The position numbers and the translations under genes are program-made. From Sulfurimonas sp. (GTDB lineage: Bacteria > Campylobacterota > Campylobacteria > Campylobacterales > Sulfurimonadaceae): a stretch of DNA of 64,000 nucleotides. Shown here piece after piece: positions 9,980 through 17,567 of the stretch. The stretch spans positions 4,274 to 68,273 of the forward strand of contig NZ_JACUTS010000005.1 in assembly GCF_014859695.1 (NCBI RefSeq). The letters run 5' to 3'. Position 1 is the first letter of the stretch. Each line of letters opens with the position of its first letter. Under the pieces are notes generated by a model. It had not been told where the DNA came from, ran no database searches, and saw nothing but the letters and a program-made list of their open reading frames with translations.

Positions 9980-10248
9980 TGATAGAAAAAAAGCCAAAGT
10001 ATATCTATGGCGTGATGAATATTCTCGGTTTTATTAAAAATGACAAGCCCCTCGCTGCAAAGAAATTTGAAAATAAACTAAACAAACGAATTGATAACTT
10101 AATACATTTTCCCCTTAAACATAGAAAATCCATCTATTTTAATGATGAAAATTATAGAGATTTGATTTATCATGGCTATACAGTCATCTATAAAATAGAG
10201 AGTGAAAAAATTTTAATACTTGATATTTTTAAATGGCAAGTGAGATAA
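9976..10248 (+). CDS. ParE/RelE-superfamily type II toxin
   Basis: 90 aa. The pattern ...FIKNDKPLAAKKFENKLNKRIDNLIHFPLKHRK...YRDLIYHGYTVIYKIESEKILILDIFKW matches the ParE-type plasmid-stabilisation toxin layout. Confidence 0.6.
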   Translation: MMIEKKPKYIYGVMNILGFIKNDKPLAAKKFENKLNKRIDNLIHFPLKHRKSIYFNDENYRDLIYHGYTVIYKIESEKILILDIFKWQVR

Positions 10249-10256
10249 AAATTTAA

Positions 10257-11396
10257 ATGAAAAACACAATCTATGAATATAGCGAAGTAGAGGATGAAAA
10301 GCTAAAAAAGTACATTATAGATACTCCTCTGCTTCATAAATATTTTAAACTTGATTGGAATATTTTAAAATCGCAGCAATATTGCGGCATACTAAACTTT
10401 GGAGATGAAGACTACTATCTGCTTCCAAAGATAAGTGAAAATAGTGATGAAAAAAATCTTGATATTTTTATCTACATGTTGATGTACGCTTACGATATAA
10501 AGCTTGAAGCCGAAGATATAGCTTCATGCAAAAATGAAAAACATAACATCTTGGAAGTTTTTATACAGATGTTTGCAAGTAACTTATTTAAAGAGTTTAA
10601 GCGAGGTGTTTATAGAGAGTACATCACAGAACAAGATAACTTGACGACTTTAAGAGGAAAATATCTCATAAATAAAAATCTAAAGTTCAATCATATAAAA
10701 AACAAGATTTACTGCGAATATGATGAGTTTAGCATGGATAATCAACTAAACCAATTCTTTTTATACGCTGTTAAAACATTATTAAAATACACAAAAAATA
10801 AAAAGCTTTTAAAACAGTGTGAGTTGGTACTTGATGAGGCAGAGTATAAAACTTTTGATATAAATAATCTACATGTACATTTTAATAGACTAAACAATAG
10901 GTTTAAAGATAGTTTTGAGTTTGCACTTTTGCTATTAAACAAATCTATTCCGCTCTTTGCAAAAGATAAAAAGAGTTTTGCATTTTTGTTTGACATGAAT
11001 GTGCTTTTTGAGAGATTTGTCGGCAAGATGATAAAAGAGCTTGAAGCCGCAACACTGCTTCAAAGTTGTGATACATACGGAGATTTAATTTTAAAACCTG
11101 ATATTATTGTAAAAGATTTGATAATTGACACCAAATATAAAAAGCTTGGCGCAAAAAATGAGATAAAAAGAGACGACAAGTTTCAGATGTTCGTTTATGG
11201 AAAAAACTATAATATAGCAAATACAATGCTTCTCTATCCGAAACATCTGGAGCATTTTGATTATGATTTGGTTTTAGGGGAAAAGGGCGAGGAAGTAAAA
11301 ATGAAGATAAAGAGTTTGGATTTGTGGTTTGATGGGTGCGGATATGATGAGTTTGTTGAAGAAATTAAAATTAAAGTCAAGGAATTGTCATGTTAG
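10257..11396 (+). CDS. mcrC: McrC-like PD-(D/E)xK endonuclease subunit of a McrBC-type restriction system
   Basis: 379 aa. C-terminal nuclease core LKPDIIVKDLIIDTKYKKL (D...D/ExK). Overlaps the McrB-like GTPase gene by 7 nt. Confidence 0.75.
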   Translation: MKNTIYEYSEVEDEKLKKYIIDTPLLHKYFKLDWNILKSQQYCGILNFGDEDYYLLPKISENSDEKNLDIFIYMLMYAYDIKLEAEDIASCKNEKHNILEVFIQMFASNLFKEFKRGVYREYITEQDNLTTLRGKYLINKNLKFNHIKNKIYCEYDEFSMDNQLNQFFLYAVKTLLKYTKNKKLLKQCELVLDEAEYKTFDINNLHVHFNRLNNRFKDSFEFALLLLNKSIPLFAKDKKSFAFLFDMNVLFERFVGKMIKELEAATLLQSCDTYGDLILKPDIIVKDLIIDTKYKKLGAKNEIKRDDKFQMFVYGKNYNIANTMLLYPKHLEHFDYDLVLGEKGEEVKMKIKSLDLWFDGCGYDEFVEEIKIKVKELSC

Positions 11397-12742
11397 ATTT
11401 AGAAAATTTTAGAAGATATTTAGAAGATATTGGATTTGGTGCTATACAAAATTACATTGCATATTTAAACTCGTTAATTAATATATTAAATCAAATTGAT
11501 GAATATCAAGCATTAAATGACCAAGATAAAGTAGTTAAATTTGCTAATGCAAATAATGAATTCAAAAATGAATTTGATCAACACCATAACTACGCTAATA
11601 ATAGCACATTTAATGATTTTAGAAGTGGCGCTAGAAAATATGTAAAGTTTTTACAATATTTTACAATTATGAATACGATGCAAGAATATGATGAAGATAA
11701 TTCTAGCTTTGATTTAAATGGTGCGTATATGTTTTTTAAAGTATTTGATGATGTGAACTCTTACCCTATAAAAGCTATATGTAAAAAAATCCAAAATAAT
11801 TTAGAGTTAGAAGAAAATTTTACTACAAATGATGCAAAAGGCAAGTTAAGAGATATATTTAATGAACAAAATATTCAATTTTTTGACAATAGAAATGAAA
11901 ATCCAATTGAGCCAGTTCAAAATCTAAAAATCAAAAATATAATCCTCTACGGTGCACCTGGAGTTGGAAAAACTCATAACTATAAAAAAATTGTGGCACT
12001 TATTGAGGGTGGTGATTTTTTAGAAAATAAAATTTTTGATTTTATTATCAATAATAAAGATGATGAAATTGAAGAAGGCAGTATTGATAGATTATTTAAA
12101 CAAGTTAAAGATGAGAAACGAGTCGAGTTTATAGCATTTCATCAAAGCTACTCTTATGAGGATTTTATAGAGGGTTTTAGACCGAGTGTGAGCGGAAATA
12201 TTGAGCTAAAAGATGGAATATTTAAAAAATTATGTAGTGATGCAGAAAAATCTGATAAAAACTTCTACATAGTTATAGACGAAATAAACAGAGGAAATAT
12301 TTCTAAAATCTTTGGAGAACTTATCACACTCATTGAAGAAGATAAAAGAGATGTTTATGAAGTAACGCTTCCGTACTCAAAAGAGAAGTTTAAAGTACCC
12401 TCAAATCTTTATATCATAGCTACTATGAACTCTACTGACAAGTCTATCGCTACTATCGACATAGCTCTAAGACGAAGATTTACATTTTTAAAGATGAAGC
12501 CAAATGAAGATTTGATTTCACATGTAAAGGCGAAGGAGCTGTTTAATAGCCTAAATAAATTTATAAAAGATAATCTAAATGAAGATTACATGTTAGGGCA
12601 TAGCTATTTTATGAATATACAAAACAGTGAAGATTTAAAATTTGTCAAAGAGTATAAAATCAAGCCGCTTTTAGAAGAGTATTTTTATGCAGATGATGAA
12701 AATTATAACAAAGCGGAAGGTATATTAAATAAATATGACTAA
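11390..12742 (+). CDS. mcrB: McrB-like AAA+ GTPase subunit with an unrecognised ~180-aa N-terminal domain
   Basis: Walker A GAPGVGKTH, FHQSYSYEDFIEGFRP, Walker B/signature VIDEINRGNISKIFGELITLIEE, GTP-specificity-like MNSTDKS, and ALRRRF. Confidence 0.85.
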   Translation: MLDLENFRRYLEDIGFGAIQNYIAYLNSLINILNQIDEYQALNDQDKVVKFANANNEFKNEFDQHHNYANNSTFNDFRSGARKYVKFLQYFTIMNTMQEYDEDNSSFDLNGAYMFFKVFDDVNSYPIKAICKKIQNNLELEENFTTNDAKGKLRDIFNEQNIQFFDNRNENPIEPVQNLKIKNIILYGAPGVGKTHNYKKIVALIEGGDFLENKIFDFIINNKDDEIEEGSIDRLFKQVKDEKRVEFIAFHQSYSYEDFIEGFRPSVSGNIELKDGIFKKLCSDAEKSDKNFYIVIDEINRGNISKIFGELITLIEEDKRDVYEVTLPYSKEKFKVPSNLYIIATMNSTDKSIATIDIALRRRFTFLKMKPNEDLISHVKAKELFNSLNKFIKDNLNEDYMLGHSYFMNIQNSEDLKFVKEYKIKPLLEEYFYADDENYNKAEGILNKYD

Positions 12743-13733
12743 AACAATAACATTATCACACGGTAACGGCGGGCAAGAGAACAACGAACTTATCTCTAAG
12801 GTTTTTTATAAGGCTTTTAAAAACGACATCCTCGACAAAAGCGAAGATGCGGCTATTATCCATAACGGGGAGTTGGCGTTTTCTACCGACAGTTTTACGG
12901 TTTCGCCTCTGTTCTTTGCGGGAGCGGACATCGGAAAGCTTGCGGTTTGCGGTACATGTAACGACCTTGCCATGATGGGAGCGAAACCGAAATATTTGAC
13001 ATGTAGCGTGATTATTGAAGAGGGTTTCCAGATGAGAGACTTAGAGAGAATCGTGCGAAGTATGAAAAAAGAGCTTGAGATTAATGGTGCGATTATAGTG
13101 AGCGGAGACACCAAGGTTGTGCCTCGCGGAAGTGTCGATAAGATTTTCATAAACACTACGGGAATCGGCGAAGTTTTGAAAAAGGGCATCAGCTCCAACA
13201 ACATAACAAAAGATGATGTCATCATACTAAACCGTGATATCGGCTGTCACGGTGCGGCTATCTTTGTAGCTCGTGAGGGCATCGAGATGAGCAGTTCTTT
13301 GCAGAGCGATTGTGAATCGCTTTATCCTCAGGTGAAGGCTCTTTTGGACGCAGACATAAAGATAACGGCTATGAGAGATGCGACTAGAGGCGGAGTGAGT
13401 GCAGTGCTAAATGAGTGGTCGAGGCAGTCAGATATCTGTATAGAAGTGCAAGAGGAGAGTATTCCCGTTAGCGATGAGGTAAAGGGTATCTGTGAGATGC
13501 TCGGTTTTGAAGCGACGGCTTTGGCGAATGAGGGTACTTTTGTTTTGGCGGTAAATCATGATGATGCCCAAAAAGCGGTAGAGATTTTAAAAACTTTTGA
13601 GAGTTGCAAAAATGCAGCGATAATCGGCAAAGTAACGGATACGCATCTAAAAAAAGTCATCTTAAAGAGCAGTTGGGGAACTTCAAGATTTTTAGATACG
13701 CCAAGCGGCGAGTTGCTTCCAAGGATTTGCTAA
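12735..13733 (+). CDS. hypE: hydrogenase maturation carbamoyl dehydratase HypE
   Basis: N-terminal ITLSHGNGG, AIR-synthase-like fold motifs and the invariant C-terminal PRIC. Its ATG overlaps the mcrB stop (ATGACTAA). Confidence 0.95.
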   Translation: MTKTITLSHGNGGQENNELISKVFYKAFKNDILDKSEDAAIIHNGELAFSTDSFTVSPLFFAGADIGKLAVCGTCNDLAMMGAKPKYLTCSVIIEEGFQMRDLERIVRSMKKELEINGAIIVSGDTKVVPRGSVDKIFINTTGIGEVLKKGISSNNITKDDVIILNRDIGCHGAAIFVAREGIEMSSSLQSDCESLYPQVKALLDADIKITAMRDATRGGVSAVLNEWSRQSDICIEVQEESIPVSDEVKGICEMLGFEATALANEGTFVLAVNHDDAQKAVEILKTFESCKNAAIIGKVTDTHLKKVILKSSWGTSRFLDTPSGELLPRIC

Positions 13734-13737
13734 AGTT

Positions 13738-15426
13738 ATGAAAATACTTCTTATCGTTTCGGCATTTAACTCTCTTACGCAAAGAGTTTTTTGTGAGCTT
13801 CAAGATATGAATCATGCAGTATCGGTGCAGTATGCCATAAGCAATGAGGCGATGATGCAAAGTGTTGACGCGTTTGCGCCAGATATCATCTTTTGCCCTT
13901 ATCTCAAAAAATACCTCCCATGTGAGATATTTCTAAAAACCCCCACTTTTATTCTCCATCCCGGCATAAGAGGAGACAGAGGACACAACGCGCTCGACCA
14001 TGCCTTGCGGGACAATAAAAAAGAGTGGGGAGTAGTCATTCTAAAAGCAAACGAAGAGTTTGACGGCGGAGATATATACGCCGAAGTCAGGTTTGAGATG
14101 AGAGATGCGACAAAGGCTTCCATATACAGAAACGAAGTCGCAGATGCCGCCTCAAAAGCGTTAAAAGAGCTGCTTAAAAATTTGGACGACAAAGAGTTCA
14201 AACCCACTCCTCAACTCAAAATGCCGATGCATAATTACTTAACGCAAAAAGAGAGAGCCATTAACTGGGAAAAAGAGACTGCTCAAGAGATTATAAAAAA
14301 GATACATGTAAGCGATAGTTTTCCCGGTGTTAAAGATGAGTTTTTGGGAATAGAGTGTTATCTTTTTGGAGCTTGGGAAGAAGATAAACTCAAAGGCAAT
14401 CCAAAAGAGATAATCGCCAAAAGAGACGGTGCTGTTTGCGTCGGCACGATTGACGGGGCAATCTGGATAAGTCACATGTCAGAAGTCGGCAGGTTCAAAC
14501 TTCCCTCAACCTATGTTTTAAAAGATAAAATCAAAGGCGTTAAAGAAGAGCGGCTTCCTCTTATTTTTGACATGAGTTATAAAACATTTTACGAAATCAG
14601 CTCCCATAAAGACGGCGAAGTCGGGTATCTCTATTTTAACTTTCACAACGGTGCTATGCATTCTGAGCAGTGCATCAGGCTAAAGTATGCGTTTGAGTAT
14701 CTGAAAGAGAGTTGCAAGGTTATAGTTTTAATGGGCGGAGCGGATTTTTTTAGCAACGGGATACATCTCAACATACTCGAAGATTCTCAAAAGCAGGGAG
14801 AAGACGGCTGGAGCAACATAAATGCTATGAATGATGTCGTAAAGTCAATCATATTCGCAGATGATGTAATCACGGTTGCATCTCTGCATAAAAATGCCGG
14901 AGCAGGCGGAGTATTTCTAGCTTTGGCATGTGATTATGTTGTTGCACGAAAAGGAGTTGTTTTGAACCCTCACTATAAAACTTTGGGGCTGAGCGGAAGC
15001 GAATATCATACATTTACACTGCCCAAAAGAGTAGGTGCGCACAAGTCAAAAGAGCTGTTGGAGAGCTGTTTGCCGATAAATGCCGCTAAAGCGAAAGAGA
15101 TAAATATGGTGGATGAGGTTTTTGAAAAAGAGAACTATTTTGAGCAATTAAGAAGTTTTGCCAATAAACTGGCAAATGCGCAAGACGAGTATGATGATTT
15201 TATATATGAAAAAGAGGATTATCTGCAAAAAAACAGAGAGTTTATAAATGAGTGCAAAGAGAATGAACTAAAGACGATGCATCCGGAATTTTGGGATAAA
15301 GAGAGTTCGTTTCACAGGCTGAGACATGATTTTGTTTATAAAGTCTGCTCAATTGAAACACCTCAGAGATTGAAATCGTACCGGTACGATGGGCTTCCTG
15401 CCGAAGGAAACTCAGCGTTAGCGTAG
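13738..15426 (+). CDS. hypX: HypX/HoxX-type hydrogenase maturation factor (formyltransferase-like N-domain + crotonase-like C-domain)
   Basis: 562 aa. N-terminal MKILLIVSAFNSLTQRV resembles HoxX/Fmt. The C-terminal half has an enoyl-CoA hydratase-like G-rich oxyanion segment (NAGAGGVFLALACD). Lies between hypE and hypA. Confidence 0.8.
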   Translation: MKILLIVSAFNSLTQRVFCELQDMNHAVSVQYAISNEAMMQSVDAFAPDIIFCPYLKKYLPCEIFLKTPTFILHPGIRGDRGHNALDHALRDNKKEWGVVILKANEEFDGGDIYAEVRFEMRDATKASIYRNEVADAASKALKELLKNLDDKEFKPTPQLKMPMHNYLTQKERAINWEKETAQEIIKKIHVSDSFPGVKDEFLGIECYLFGAWEEDKLKGNPKEIIAKRDGAVCVGTIDGAIWISHMSEVGRFKLPSTYVLKDKIKGVKEERLPLIFDMSYKTFYEISSHKDGEVGYLYFNFHNGAMHSEQCIRLKYAFEYLKESCKVIVLMGGADFFSNGIHLNILEDSQKQGEDGWSNINAMNDVVKSIIFADDVITVASLHKNAGAGGVFLALACDYVVARKGVVLNPHYKTLGLSGSEYHTFTLPKRVGAHKSKELLESCLPINAAKAKEINMVDEVFEKENYFEQLRSFANKLANAQDEYDDFIYEKEDYLQKNREFINECKENELKTMHPEFWDKESSFHRLRHDFVYKVCSIETPQRLKSYRYDGLPAEGNSALA

Positions 15427-15429
15427 GTA
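15391..15429 (+). repeat. 39-nt dispersed repeat, copy A (partner at 40552-40590, inverted)
   Basis: gggcttcctgccgaaggaaactcagcgttagcgtaggta matches the reverse complement of 40552-40590 at 32/39 positions, including an exact 13-mer. It overlaps the last codons of hypX. Confidence 0.65.
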
Positions 15430-15460
15430 GCGGAATTACTTCCGATACCGTTATATAATA

Positions 15461-15480
15461 AATAAAGGGTTCCCTTTATT
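15461..15480 (+). terminator. rho-independent terminator-like hairpin after hypX
   Basis: aataaaggg-tt-ccctttatt forms a perfect 9-bp stem, followed by T-rich ttatg. Confidence 0.45.
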
Positions 15481-15507
15481 TTATGAAATAAAATTAAGGG
15501 AGTATAG

Positions 15508-15849
15508 ATGCATGAGTATAGTATAGTCCAGTCGCTTTTGGATTCATGTGAAGAGAATGCCGTAAAAAACAACGCCACAAAAGTAACTAAAGTCGTAGTA
15601 AAAATCGGCGTTATGAGCGGAGTCGAACCTGAGCTTTTAAAAACCGCATTTGAGACATTTAAAGAGAAGACACTTTGTGAAGAGGCGGAGTTTGTTATAA
15701 ACATCCAGCAAATCGTTATAAAATGCAACAAATGTTTAAACGAATCAGTTTTAGAGAGCATGGAGTACTATTGCCCTAGATGTAAAGATGCGGATATCGA
15801 GATTCTTGATGGTGAAGATATGTACCTGATGCAGTTAGAACTTGAGTAG
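15508..15849 (+). CDS. hypA: hydrogenase nickel insertion metallochaperone HypA
   Basis: N-terminal MHEYSI nickel site and two CxxC zinc motifs (CNKC ... CPRC). 113 aa. Confidence 0.9.
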   Translation: MHEYSIVQSLLDSCEENAVKNNATKVTKVVVKIGVMSGVEPELLKTAFETFKEKTLCEEAEFVINIQQIVIKCNKCLNESVLESMEYYCPRCKDADIEILDGEDMYLMQLELE

Positions 15850-16003
15850 ATGAGTAAAAAAAATGTAGATTAGCGTAAAATAGTTTTTTATTTTTCACAT
15901 ATTTTTTAGCAGAAATAAATATAATATTTATGAATAGTTTAATATTTAAAATTGTACTATGCAGTAAAGTTTATTTTAATTTTGTTGTTTAAAGGGGTGT
16001 TGA

Positions 16004-17557
16004 ATGAGCGAAAGAAAGATTACTATAGACCCGCTTACAAGGATAGAGGGGCATCTTAAATTTGAGACAATAATCAAAGACGGGGTTGTTACGGAGGCGA
16101 AATGTTCCGCAGAGATGTACAGAGGAATTGAGAAGGCGCTTATAGGCTACGATGCCAGAGTTGCACAGCAAGTAGCTCAGAGAGTTTGCGGTGTTTGTCC
16201 TTATGCACACGCCGAAGCTGCCTCTCTTGCGCTTGAAAACGCTATGGGAATAAAGCCAAATCATAACGGACAGCTACTGAGAAATATGATTGTCGGCGCT
16301 TATCAGCTCCAAGACCATCTTTTACATTTTTATGTTTTAAGTGCGCTGGATTTTATCGATATAACCGCGGTGTTAAAATATGAGGGGGATGATGAGAGCG
16401 TCCTTAGTGTAAAAACATGGGTTCAAAACGAGCTCAAAAGCAACAAGATATTTCCTGCAGCCCCTTTTTTGCCACGCTATGAAGCGATGTATGCAAAAGG
16501 AAACAACACCAACTTTACGGCAATCAAAAACTACTTAGAAGCTATTAAGGTTATGGCCGATTTGACAAAAGCCGTTGCAATCTTCGGGGCAAAAGCGCCG
16601 CACTCTGTAACACTTGAAGCAGGCGGCGTGACAACGATTCCCACCGTCGGAAAACTTGCAAAGTACAGATCTTTAGTAACAAGTGCTAAAAATTTTATAA
16701 AAAATAACTACATAAACGACATTATCGCCGTAGCAAAAGAGTTTCCTGAGTACTTTAAAATAGGTGCAGGATACGGAGACTACCTCTCTTACCCATACTT
16801 GCCTGATGAAAACGGGGAAAATCATCTTTTTGTAGGCGGCTCGACGATTGATGGCAAGTATGAAGAGCTTGATTTGAAAAACATCTTTGAGGACCATAAA
16901 TACTCCTACTACAAAAACAAACCCGACTCCAACGTAAGACCTCTTGACTCTAAGGTGCTTACACCCATAGATTATGAAGAGTTTAAAGAGGAGCAGAAAA
17001 AAGAGGACGGAAAATACAGCTGGTCGAGAGCGCCTCGTTACAAAGGCAAAATCATGGAGGTCGGTCCGGTTGCAAGAGTTATAAACACTTATAAAAGCGG
17101 TAAAAACAAAAAACTAAACGCTCTTGTGGATTCTGTAAATAAAAAATTGGGACTTACGTTTAAAGAGTATAACTCTGTTTTGGGAAGGCATCTCTGTAGG
17201 GCTTTTATGGCATTTAGCATCATTGATAAAATCCTAGAAGATACGGAAAAAGTGATTCCCGATGAGCTTGCGTTTGTTGAGAGAGATGTTCCCAAAAATG
17301 CTGTTGGATTTGGACTTACCGAAGCAACAAGAGGAGCTTTGGCGCACTGGATAGAGACTGATGAGAGTGGTTTTATAAAAAACTATGACATGATCGTACC
17401 CACAACTTGGAATATCTCGCCAAAAGATGCAAGCGGAGTTCCCGGAGCTGTAGAGAAGATGCTTATAGGAACGAAAATCAAAGACCCCGACAACCCGATA
17501 GAGTTGGCAAGAATAGTGAGATCTACAGATCCATGTCTTGCATGCTCGGTTCATTAA
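16004..17557 (+). CDS. [NiFe]-hydrogenase large subunit, no C-terminal processing extension
   Basis: RIEGH, RVCGVCP (N-terminal Ni ligands) and DPCLACSVH (C-terminal Ni ligands). The ORF stops immediately after the His. 517 aa. Confidence 0.95.
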   Translation: MSERKITIDPLTRIEGHLKFETIIKDGVVTEAKCSAEMYRGIEKALIGYDARVAQQVAQRVCGVCPYAHAEAASLALENAMGIKPNHNGQLLRNMIVGAYQLQDHLLHFYVLSALDFIDITAVLKYEGDDESVLSVKTWVQNELKSNKIFPAAPFLPRYEAMYAKGNNTNFTAIKNYLEAIKVMADLTKAVAIFGAKAPHSVTLEAGGVTTIPTVGKLAKYRSLVTSAKNFIKNNYINDIIAVAKEFPEYFKIGAGYGDYLSYPYLPDENGENHLFVGGSTIDGKYEELDLKNIFEDHKYSYYKNKPDSNVRPLDSKVLTPIDYEEFKEEQKKEDGKYSWSRAPRYKGKIMEVGPVARVINTYKSGKNKKLNALVDSVNKKLGLTFKEYNSVLGRHLCRAFMAFSIIDKILEDTEKVIPDELAFVERDVPKNAVGFGLTEATRGALAHWIETDESGFIKNYDMIVPTTWNISPKDASGVPGAVEKMLIGTKIKDPDNPIELARIVRSTDPCLACSVH

Positions 17558-17567
17558 GGAGTAGCGG

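Larger units (their letters stand above)
9610..12742 (+). other. AT-rich accessory insertion (toxin-antitoxin + McrCB restriction module) splitting the hyp operon between hypD and hypE
   Basis: Four non-hyp genes lie between hypD and hypE. Composition is visibly more AT-rich by eye than the flanking hyp genes. The 7-mer actaaaa occurs at both junctions (9611-9617 and 12738-12744). No integrase or transposase is present. Confidence 0.6.

Noticed and set aside
15850-16003. Looked for a sigma-54 (GG-N10-GC) or other clear promoter upstream of the hydrogenase large subunit gene.
   Set aside because: The region is very AT-rich, with several weak TAnnnT candidates and no TGGCAC-N5-TTGC-like element. 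I could not single out one by eye.
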